Source: Myxococcota bacterium
GTDB lineage: Bacteria; Myxococcota_A; SURF-8
Direction: 5' to 3'
Length of the DNA: 64,000 nucleotides
Assembly (NCBI GenBank): GCA_965140415.1
Contig: OZ223209.1
Location: forward strand, 2,752,001 to 2,816,000
The position numbers and the translations under genes are program-made. The notes beneath the pieces are model-generated. The model ran no database searches. It was not told the DNA's origin and worked only from the letters and a program-made list of their open reading frames with translations. Of the stretch, positions 19,262-27,414 are shown one piece after another. The first letter of the stretch is position 1, and each line of letters starts with the position of its first letter.

Positions 19262-19963
19262 TCAGACCGAAAGAGAAAGCTTCGCCGTCTGAGCCAGTTC
19301 GCGGCCAAGCGCCTTCAGGCGATGATGGGCTCGGCTGACGCTCATCCCGACCGCCTTTCCGCACTCCTGGAAACTGCCTCCGGCCAGGCGCGCCGCCAGC
19401 AAGCGGCGATCTTGCTCGGTCTGCTCGTCAAGCCAGGCTTCCAGGTCGAAGGCGCTGACGAGCTGGTCCTCCACGTCGCGGGTCGCCGCGTAGGAGACGG
19501 CGTCAACGAAGCTCATGGGATTGTCGCGGGTCAGATCGTTGTCGGCATAGGGACCGGGCTCCACGTCGGGCAAACCGTCGAAGCGCAGAACTTGGATGCC
19601 GTCCCACAGACAGGCCATTGCGCCCATGACATCCCGGCGACGGCGACGACCGGGGACGAAGCAGTGGGACGGATCGAAAGCCTTGAGTCGCAGGCCATGA
19701 ACGAGCGCCCCGCGGTCGGTGGAATGACCTTTCATCGCCGCGGAATAATAATCGCGCCAGATCAGGCACAGGGCTTCCTGGAATCGGTCTTCCGCATCGT
19801 GCGCGTCGTCCAAGTGGCGCATGACCGGATTGAAGATGTCATCGGCGATCATGTCGCTGAAATTCGCGTTGATCGCTTCGTGGGAAAGGGGAAGAGGTGA
19901 ATTCAATTGAAGGGGATGATGGGGGTGATCGGGTTGGGAATCGGTTTGCATACAGTTTTCCAT
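19262..19963 (-). CDS. Divergent sigma-70/ECF-like factor with a region-4 HTH
   Basis: AEDRFQEALCLIW resembles region 2; RLAGGSFQECGKAVGMSVSRAHHRL HTH; GGAGGT RBS. Confidence 0.6.
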   Translation of the reverse strand: MENCMQTDSQPDHPHHPLQLNSPLPLSHEAINANFSDMIADDIFNPVMRHLDDAHDAEDRFQEALCLIWRDYYSAAMKGHSTDRGALVHGLRLKAFDPSHCFVPGRRRRRDVMGAMACLWDGIQVLRFDGLPDVEPGPYADNDLTRDNPMSFVDAVSYAATRDVEDQLVSAFDLEAWLDEQTEQDRRLLAARLAGGSFQECGKAVGMSVSRAHHRLKALGRELAQTAKLSLSV

Positions 19964-20598
19964 GATTCGGACCTCCTGGTCGTGTTCAACGCGCACGAAG
20001 GCCGTTACCACCGGCCCACGCGCAGCGTCGCCGCCTTGCGGGCGGTGGGGTTGATTGGGGCGGGAAACATATCCCGCCGATCCTTGATTTATGGGTACGC
20101 GCCGTGAAAATCAGCGCGGGTTTGAGCTATAAGACTTGTGTCAAAACTTGGTGCTGGCCGTTCGGGCGGACGCGAATCGTCCGGACGTCGTGGATCCGCG
20201 CTCGCGAGGCTGGTTGGGAAATATGAGACGAGCCGGATATCAGATTCGTCACTGTTTTCTTATAGTAAAATCCAGACGGAACTTGCATTTCCAGGTCTGC
20301 TGAGCCCGTTTCATCGGAAAAATCGTCCCCAAAAATATTTGAAAGGCCGTTTTTTTCAATGGATTTGATTTTTCTCTGGAGTGAAAATAGAAAAATATGG
20401 CCGTCGTTCTAACGAAAGGGCTGATCGAAGGAATATGGAGCGTTGTTTGGCTTATGAATACCGACAAGGCGGGTGTCGCAATTGTCGGTGCTTGGGTCCG
20501 AACGGACCTGATTGTGAGCAGGGGGTGGGTCCCCTATGGGGCTGGAATTGAAATCTCCGTAGGGCTAGGGGAATACGAGTCGGTATCCTCTACCGGGT

Positions 20599-20858
20599 GG
20601 AGTGTGCAAGCATCTCGCCGACGGTTCACCCGCAGGAATCCCGATTTCTCCGGCGTTGTATGCCAGAGTGTACGAATCAAACCGAACCGGTGGAGCCTTC
20701 ACGTCGTGCAGAGTGTACAAGCCGAACCGAAACAGGCTGGAGCCTACAAGGCTTGCAGAGTATGCAACGTCAGTCTGAATGTGTAGAGCGCTCATTGCGC
20801 AGAGTGTACAAAATATTGGCTCCGCTAGAGTGTACGAATCAAACCGAACCGGTGGAGC
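20599..20858. repeat. Degenerate AGAGTGTAC repeat array containing an exact 32-bp direct repeat
   Basis: (C)AGAGTGTAC-like cores at 20664, 20709, 20756, 20800 and 20826; AGAGTGTACGAATCAAACCGAACCGGTGGAGC at 20665-20696 and 20827-20858. Confidence 0.8.
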
Positions 20859-20966
20859 ATACGCGCTTGGTCAGTTACTGTCGAATCCCCGTATTGCAGA
20901 AAGGAGGATAATGTCCCCCAGGTGGTGCTGGACGTTTCTGCGGAAAACGTTTTCCGCCCGCGTCTC

Positions 20967-21188
20967 TCAATCGCCTTCCAGATCGACACCATGGGCGAGC
21001 AAAAGTGCTTCAAGCCGGTTTACCCGGAGCTTCAAGTCGTTCAGGAGTTCGGCGCGTTGCTGCTGGGCTTCAATGTAGGCAGGCAATGCTTCTCTCGCCG
21101 CTTCCAGGTGGGGGTTCACCGGCGTGACAGTGTCTTCGCCGTTACCGGGTTTAACGTTGTTTGCGGGCGTCGGGTTTATATCGCTCAT
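20967..21188 (-). CDS. Small coiled-coil hypothetical protein
   Basis: 73-aa ORF with GGAGGA RBS, co-oriented with the HTH genes. Confidence 0.6.
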   Translation of the reverse strand: MSDINPTPANNVKPGNGEDTVTPVNPHLEAAREALPAYIEAQQQRAELLNDLKLRVNRLEALLLAHGVDLEGD

Positions 21189-21208
21189 GGCTTCCTCCGT
21201 GTAACTGG

Positions 21209-21643
21209 TTATTCGAACAGGTTCCGCAGGCTACCCTTAGATGGCCGGTCCCAGTTGGCGAACCAGAGCGGTTTGAGCGGCTCGCCGTTCTCATCCCTGG
21301 AGGTATTCATGGCCAGCGGGACCATCTTCATGTACGACCCTTCGCGCACTAGATCATATCCATTTCTGCGGCACTCTTCGCGTGCGACCCGAGTGACCCA
21401 TGATCCCCGTTTGTCGTCCAGCAGGGCGTAGTAGCCGCCAGCGTTCCATTTCCGAACCCATTCGCGGACCGACGCGGTCGAGCAGTTCGATTCCTTCGCG
21501 GAAGATTGTTGGGATTTGCCCTCCATCAACATGTGGATAGCGCGCAAGCGAAGTTGGAGCCGGTCATCTGATTCCCGGTCTATCATAGACTGGAGCTGTG
21601 CAGGACTGAACAGTGTCTGATCCGGTCGTTTCAGCGTCGGCAT
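21209..21643 (-). CDS. Transposase-type (IS630-like) HTH protein without a catalytic domain
   Basis: RLRAIHMLMEGKS..AK..CS..SVREWVRKWNAGG..AL. Confidence 0.65.
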   Translation of the reverse strand: MPTLKRPDQTLFSPAQLQSMIDRESDDRLQLRLRAIHMLMEGKSQQSSAKESNCSTASVREWVRKWNAGGYYALLDDKRGSWVTRVAREECRRNGYDLVREGSYMKMVPLAMNTSRDENGEPLKPLWFANWDRPSKGSLRNLFE

Positions 21644-22161
21644 GGGGTAACCCCTATCGCACGGTTCAGTTTCGCAATCGAGTCCTCCAGCTCCTGCCAC
21701 TGTTCATTTTTCGCCGTCCGGCAAACTGCAGGTGAAATAGCGAGGGGGACTGCGCGAGGTTTGCAGTCTCCCAGTAGAACATCCATGCCGTGATCGCGAA
21801 GGTATTTCCGCTGTGGAGGGAAGATCGGATCTTTGCCGGTCGGAGTGCGGAGCAGGAATAACCCCTCGTAGCTGCCCACGTTCCAGAATCGTGTCCATAG
21901 GACCAGTTCTTCACCGCTGATATCCTGTCGCTCAAGAATCCAGCGCCAGGACCGGCCAAGCATCAACGCTCGTATAGTGCGCAATCTGCGGACAGGTTCC
22001 TCTTCTTTGCCTTCCCGGATGAAGTACTCGATCTGCTCAACATCTTCCTGCAAGGCCCCTTTCGGCAGAAAGGTCGGATTTCTCTCCATCGGAATTCTCA
22101 TCAGTTCCAGGATGTACGACCTTACCCGATCAGCATAGACCCCATTATTTCTATTCGTCAT
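21631..22161 (-). CDS. Divergent paralog of the adjacent IS630-like HTH protein
   Basis: RRLRTIRALMLGRS..WTRFWNVGSYEGL..VPLA aligns by eye with the 21209-21643 protein. Confidence 0.55.
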   Translation of the reverse strand: MTNRNNGVYADRVRSYILELMRIPMERNPTFLPKGALQEDVEQIEYFIREGKEEEPVRRLRTIRALMLGRSWRWILERQDISGEELVLWTRFWNVGSYEGLFLLRTPTGKDPIFPPQRKYLRDHGMDVLLGDCKPRAVPLAISPAVCRTAKNEQWQELEDSIAKLNRAIGVTPCRR

Positions 22162-22423
22162 CTTCTGCACCTCGTTTCTGGCGCAATCCCGCAGCTTCCA
22201 TCACACTGGATGGGCCGAACCTTTTGTCGATCAGTCCGCTTTCGTTTCCCGCAAGGAACTGCTGCCGCCACCGGTATGCACTGCTGCGGCTGATGTTTAG
22301 TATCCGCGCCGCCGTTGCTACCGGTTCTCTGCGGCCAACGACGGCATGCAGAAACAGAGTCCGCAGCCAAAGCTGACGCTCGGGCTGAAAGACGAAAGGA
22401 TCAATGGGCATTGTGTCGAACAT
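22151..22423 (-). CDS. Small transposase-type HTH protein
   Basis: VATAARILNISRSSAYRWRQQF..GLIDKRFGP. Confidence 0.65.
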   Translation of the reverse strand: MFDTMPIDPFVFQPERQLWLRTLFLHAVVGRREPVATAARILNISRSSAYRWRQQFLAGNESGLIDKRFGPSSVMEAAGLRQKRGAEDDE

Positions 22424-22460
22424 CGCCAGTCTTCCTTGGACGGTTAGGATTCAGGAATCG

Positions 22461-22498
22461 CGGATTCACCATAGAATTCAGGTGGTCCGGTGAATCCG
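22461..22498. promoter_or_regulatory. 10-bp inverted repeat in a divergent intergenic region (operator-like)
   Basis: CGGATTCACC (22461-22470) and GGTGAATCCG (22489-22498). Confidence 0.4.
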
Positions 22499-22632
22499 TG
22501 AGTCCCAACCATTGTTTTTAGGATACACCAAGCAAGAGTTATAAGTCAAGACTACTAAATGATTAGATACTATTCACTGGACGGAACAAGCTCCTGTACG
22601 TACAATGCTGCGATATGCTTTCGGGAGGTGAC

Positions 22633-23625
22633 ATGCCCAGACCAAAGCTCGACCCCAAACAACGACTGCGCCTGCGCGCACTCAAGCGCGCGGAAAAGGT
22701 CGGCATGACCGCTGCGGCAAAGGAGTCCGGGATATCGCGCGTCATGCTGCACCGGTGGCGCGATCGGTTCGAGGCCGATGGAGTCGAGGGATTGCGCGAC
22801 CGTTCTCATCGTCCGCACCGTACACGGGCCACATCACCGGAGGTGGCTGAGCAGGTGATTCGGACTGCGCTTCAGCATCCCACCCATGGTTGCCGCAAAA
22901 TCGTCGGCGCGCTAGCCGAGCGGGGCATTTCTCTGAGCGAGCCGACCGTTCAGGGCATTCTGGTCGATCGGGAACTCGGCCTGGCTGAACAGCGTGTGGG
23001 AATGGTCGAGCGGCGTATCCTCAACGGCGTGTGCAAGCCATCCTCCGAGCTTCTCGCCGAGGTGGAGGCGGCGGATCCTTCGTTTCGTGAACGGGTTCGT
23101 CCAATACCTCGACCGGGCAGCCTTCTCATATCCGACATCCTTCGCGCAGGCATCACTGAGGACGGGAGACGGCTGCAGGTCGTAGTGGTAGTGGACGCCG
23201 GGAGTGCTTGCGCCTGGGCAATGCCGTTCACGGACATCGGGCACCTGCCGCACATCGAGATCTTGCGCAGTCAGGTTATGCCGGATCTTGAGGAATGGGG
23301 GGCTAAGCCCTTTAGCATACTCACCCCGAATCGCGCGCCATGGACCAAGGATAGTCCGGAAGGACGGGCATTCAGGATGTGGTGCCGCGAGGGATTCCAC
23401 CTACGGCAGAAGTTTCAGCCGGAGGGAGTACAGAACGGGTACATTGAGTCGTTCAAGCGCGAATTTCAATCCTGGTTCCGCGGGGAGGGACTGCACGGCG
23501 CGCCGATAATGAAGATCGAGCAGGCTCTGGGAAAATGGCTGAGTGTGCAGAACCGGCAGGCGAGGGGGACATACCCCTGCTTCGGCCGAACGCCTCTTGA
23601 GACGATCCGGCCGAAGCAAGGGTGA
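22633..23625 (+). CDS. IS481-like transposase-related protein with an apparently degenerate DDE motif
   Basis: AAAKESGISR..HRWRDRFEADGVEGLRDRSHRPH HTH; rve-like core with ILTPNR where TDNG is expected; QNGYIESF retained. Confidence 0.7.
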   Translation: MPRPKLDPKQRLRLRALKRAEKVGMTAAAKESGISRVMLHRWRDRFEADGVEGLRDRSHRPHRTRATSPEVAEQVIRTALQHPTHGCRKIVGALAERGISLSEPTVQGILVDRELGLAEQRVGMVERRILNGVCKPSSELLAEVEAADPSFRERVRPIPRPGSLLISDILRAGITEDGRRLQVVVVVDAGSACAWAMPFTDIGHLPHIEILRSQVMPDLEEWGAKPFSILTPNRAPWTKDSPEGRAFRMWCREGFHLRQKFQPEGVQNGYIESFKREFQSWFRGEGLHGAPIMKIEQALGKWLSVQNRQARGTYPCFGRTPLETIRPKQG

Positions 23626-23643
23626 CTAGGAACACCATAGTAA

Positions 23644-24153
23644 CTACTTGAACTCCGATCGGATAGCATGAGGGGTGTCGCTGAGCTCATTGTCAATCCA
23701 ATCCTTCAGGTAGTTCTTTTGGCCCGCCACAAGATCGCTGATAGCTTTCACTCCGGTCCTGTGGGTCTCCGCCATCTTATCAAACCAGATCGAGTCATAG
23801 AGACCGTAATCCGTTTGGAGAGTCTCCTCCACCATCTTTTTAAGAACGGATGGAAAAGCCTTCAATATCTGCCAATTCGTGACACCCCACCGAATCAAGA
23901 TGAAGTCATCTTCTGCGTATACCTTTACCAGTGCCTCAATGTCGTCTGCCAGGTTGTAAAGCCTATTCCAATGCAGTTGAACAGCCTCCCCAATTACATC
24001 ATTAGCGAGTGATTGCTCAAGATCGCGCGCATGATCGACTACCCAGCGGAATTCACCGATTTGCCGTTCTACTTTAACAAATCTCGCCTCCAAGTCTTCT
24101 ACTTTATCGAGCAGAAGAAATAAAAACGTACCATACTCGTGACGATCCATCAT
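23644..24153 (-). CDS. Hypothetical protein
   Basis: 169-aa ORF with AAGGAG RBS; no motif recognised. Confidence 0.55.
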   Translation of the reverse strand: MMDRHEYGTFLFLLLDKVEDLEARFVKVERQIGEFRWVVDHARDLEQSLANDVIGEAVQLHWNRLYNLADDIEALVKVYAEDDFILIRWGVTNWQILKAFPSVLKKMVEETLQTDYGLYDSIWFDKMAETHRTGVKAISDLVAGQKNYLKDWIDNELSDTPHAIRSEFK

Positions 24154-24170
24154 GTTCTCCTTGCCTCCTT

Positions 24171-24611
24171 TTAATCCTCATTGTTATTGGGTTTAGGACA
24201 ATCCAGGATCATCACCACAGGAGCCTCGTTTGTCCCCTCATTCAGTCGCTCAATCAGCCCGGCTTTCTTCAGAGCCTTGAGCGCGCGAGATTTGCTACTG
24301 CTGGAGAGATTCATCTCCTCCAACACACGGTGGTTCGAGAGTTTGACGACTGCGGTGCCATCTCGCAGCCCTCCCAAGTGCCAGAGCATTATGCCGACGG
24401 CTAGAGCCTTTCCGGGACAATGTGCCGCACGTGATATCCAATCCCATGGTATTGGCCCCAAAAGGAAATATTCACGGCTGCTCCGATCATGTCGTGGTAG
24501 AGGATGGTCAATCGCATTCTGGGACTTCGGTTTTCCCGACTTTGTCCGTGGAGTCTTTTTCGCGTTGACGAGTTGGTTAAAGATCTTCTGCTTTTTATCA
24601 CTGGGACACAT
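24171..24611 (-). CDS. Winged-helix DNA-binding protein
   Basis: GPIPWDWISRAA..GKALAV..SKSRALKALKKAGLIER; start trimmed to MCPSDK. Confidence 0.6.
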   Translation of the reverse strand: MCPSDKKQKIFNQLVNAKKTPRTKSGKPKSQNAIDHPLPRHDRSSREYFLLGPIPWDWISRAAHCPGKALAVGIMLWHLGGLRDGTAVVKLSNHRVLEEMNLSSSSKSRALKALKKAGLIERLNEGTNEAPVVMILDCPKPNNNED

Positions 24612-24878
24612 TTTTCCCTCCCCCCTCGCGCTCCCCCCTCTGGCAGGAGGAGACCCCGAGGCAACCTCCGGTTGGACCGAGGCGCAAAACGGGCACCTCC
24701 CTCCGGTCGATTTGCGCAAAATCCTGCAAGCCATTGGGGTGCCTCATAGGCCCTGTCGATACATGGCCTATACGACTACCCCAACTAGACAGTGATAAGA
24801 TGGACCTGGGGTTCGGTACTGCAACGCCAGGGTTGCAGGGTCGGGACACAGCGTCCCGCATTTGCACAGGTTGATGTT

Positions 24879-26555
24879 TCATGGTTGAACGACTCCTTTC
24901 TCGATTGTTGATGTGAAATTTGACCAGAGCTCTCCACCGACGTCGGAGGCATAGTGGTTGGGGCCATCCACCTGCCACTCGATCTCGGCATCAAGCGCAA
25001 AACCCTCCAGGACCATCCCGGAGGCATCTCTCATAGCCTGTTGGGTGGTTTTTACAATCTCGTTGATCTCATTCGTCGGACCCTGGATCAGCAGGGCGTC
25101 GTGGACCGGCAGCAGTACCTGGACCCCGCGCTCCATCGCCAGCATATGGGCGAGGCGGATCATCTCAGCGCCAGTGGACTGCTGCATCCAGTTCCGGATG
25201 GATTCGATGCTGGTGGTCGGAGTGACGGCAACCTTCCAGCCGAAGCGGGTCTTCATCTGTCGATCTAACAGGGCCTGGTTGACAATGTCATTCGACCAGC
25301 GGTGATAGATGTGGAACGTCTCCTCAAACTGGCGGCGGATCTCGCGAGCATAAGCGGGTGGTGTGTTCGTGTAGGCTGCGAGTTTTATGTTGCCCATCCC
25401 ATAACCAAGTGCGAGCGAGGCCAGCTTGTAACGGTTGCGCTCAGACCTGTGGGTCTTTTTCGTCGCATTGTCCGGCACGGCCCCACAGCGCCGGGCGAAG
25501 CCAATATAGAAATCCCCGTCCTGATAGGCTGCGATCATTTCCGTATCACCGGATAGCACCGCACCGATCCCGATTTCCTGGGTGCGGTAGTCAATGTAGA
25601 CCAGCGACCAACCCGTAGGAGGCTGTATCAGATGCCGGAACACCTTCGGGTACCCCATGACACAAGCCGCCGTACTGAACTGCGTCCGGCCTGTGACCGA
25701 GCGGAACGGCAACAGTCTGGAGCGATTCCGGCCGTCTTCGCCGATTGTGAGGCCTGTGGAACGCATCTGGTTCAGGGACCAGATAATTTGGTAGACGGGT
25801 TTCATGGCGGGATAAGCCCGGGCCAAGTCCTTCTGCGTGTCCTGTTTTATGATCGGCTTGTGGTTGGAATCGACGGGCCAGCGGACGCCATGTTTGACGG
25901 CATAGCGTAGCAGGGTGTCCACGTTCAGTTCATCATCCACGAAAAGATGCGCAATGGCCGGCTCCTGGCGCATGATGGCGCGTCGAATGCGTTTCCAGTT
26001 GGATTTGATCGCGCGCCATGTGAGCCGGTTCACGGGGATGCCGAGGATCTCGGACTGCGCGGCGGCGAGGACGTATTGGGACCGCAGGAGCGCCTGCCTT
26101 ATCAATAACTGATCGGTCGGCTGGAGGCACCCCAAGAGCTCGATCAAGGCGAGCAGATTCTGGTTTTCCGGACGCGCGCTTTCTGGTGGCCGGATGTTCC
26201 ACACGGTCAGCGCATCGAGGAAGGTTTCGAGGTCATTCCTGTCCACGATACCGTTGGTAAACCGCCGGATTTCTATTTTCAGGTCGAGCAGCTGATCAGG
26301 AATTGGCCAGCCCAGAATGCGGAAGGTCAAAATGACGGGGATAGTATCGTAGGCCACAACCAACGTATCTCTCCCGACGGGAAACGGCGGTTCTGATGCG
26401 CGCCGGAGATCGTTACAGTCGAGATGGATCAACTGACCAGATATCAGATCGTAGGTTTTCAGAGACTGGGGTTTCGGCAACTCCCCAGGGGACTCCACAG
26501 TCTGCACACCAACAGCGACGATATTTCGGTATTTGTTCGCAAGTACGGAGACCAT
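24879..26555 (-). CDS. Stand-alone A-family DNA polymerase of mobile-element type
   Basis: Motif A YIDYRTQE, motif B RNRYKLASLALGYG, motif C PVHDALL, plus TGR; no 5'-3' exonuclease domain; N-terminal exonuclease motifs not recognisable. Confidence 0.9.
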   Translation of the reverse strand: MVSVLANKYRNIVAVGVQTVESPGELPKPQSLKTYDLISGQLIHLDCNDLRRASEPPFPVGRDTLVVAYDTIPVILTFRILGWPIPDQLLDLKIEIRRFTNGIVDRNDLETFLDALTVWNIRPPESARPENQNLLALIELLGCLQPTDQLLIRQALLRSQYVLAAAQSEILGIPVNRLTWRAIKSNWKRIRRAIMRQEPAIAHLFVDDELNVDTLLRYAVKHGVRWPVDSNHKPIIKQDTQKDLARAYPAMKPVYQIIWSLNQMRSTGLTIGEDGRNRSRLLPFRSVTGRTQFSTAACVMGYPKVFRHLIQPPTGWSLVYIDYRTQEIGIGAVLSGDTEMIAAYQDGDFYIGFARRCGAVPDNATKKTHRSERNRYKLASLALGYGMGNIKLAAYTNTPPAYAREIRRQFEETFHIYHRWSNDIVNQALLDRQMKTRFGWKVAVTPTTSIESIRNWMQQSTGAEMIRLAHMLAMERGVQVLLPVHDALLIQGPTNEINEIVKTTQQAMRDASGMVLEGFALDAEIEWQVDGPNHYASDVGGELWSNFTSTIEKGVVQP

Positions 26556-26556
26556 T

Positions 26557-27222
26557 TTAGAGCCTCCGTCCGGTCAGCGCAGTCAGAACGTGGTGGTTGG
26601 GCTCGTCGATGTAGTAATCCTGGAAGGCCAGGTTAACGAGTTCCTCGTCGGTTTCCTCAGGCCATTGTGGCTCCTTGTAGTATCCGGCTATCACGATGCC
26701 GCTTTTGACAGAAGAATAATTCAGGATTCGTATCCAGGTCGATTTTGCTTTTTCAATCGCCTGGTCCTGTAGGCGCCAGAACGGCGACCGTTTGCGATCC
26801 TCGGTATTGTAAAGCACTGGCCATAGAAACGCAGCGCCCCATTGGTTGACCGTTACGTGCAGGATGTAGGGCTCAAGTTCAGCCGCCAATTGGTCAAGGT
26901 AGTCATCTGCGACATTGTATATCTCGTTATCTCGCCGCCAGTTCAATAGGGGGAGACCTTTTTTACGTTCCGGATGAACACGAACAAATTCCTGCGGCAA
27001 GGGACGCCGGCAGGCAACTGGTAGGTGAAGCGATTGGGTTGAGTGAAATTGCTGGTGCGTTTCTGCGATTGAACCGGTCTGCGCACGCCTGGCCATCGCG
27101 GCGATATCGGATGGTCTACTGAGTGAAATTCGGTGGGCAGGTCTCTCGACGCGGACACCAGAGGATGTAGGAGTGCGAGAATGTCGATTACGTTCACCTA
27201 TTTTACGAGAATTATTAATCAT
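26557..27222 (-). CDS. Hypothetical protein tightly linked to the polymerase (possible SSB/OB-fold partner)
   Basis: 1-bp gap to the polymerase gene; RRPLPQEFVRVHP..FLWPV..W.RI motif; function inferred from context. Confidence 0.55.
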   Translation of the reverse strand: MINNSRKIGERNRHSRTPTSSGVRVERPAHRISLSRPSDIAAMARRAQTGSIAETHQQFHSTQSLHLPVACRRPLPQEFVRVHPERKKGLPLLNWRRDNEIYNVADDYLDQLAAELEPYILHVTVNQWGAAFLWPVLYNTEDRKRSPFWRLQDQAIEKAKSTWIRILNYSSVKSGIVIAGYYKEPQWPEETDEELVNLAFQDYYIDEPNHHVLTALTGRRL

Positions 27223-27414
27223 CTCAATCTCCTTTCATGACCCGGCTGATAAAGCATCATGCGTGCCAGGATCGCATCTGTCTGATTTCACGTGGTTTGT
27301 TCTGTTTACGGTCAATCCGGAAATTGCCGTTTTCCGCGTTTGGCAAGAATTGTGGGGGATTTGGAAAGTATCCCACGCCCCATGCACTGGACACGAGGCG
27401 TGGGTGATACCTCG

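Noticed and set aside
20599-20858. CRISPR array
   Set aside because: Conserved core is only about 9 bp, the inter-core segments are related to each other rather than unique spacers, spacing is irregular, and no cas genes are seen.
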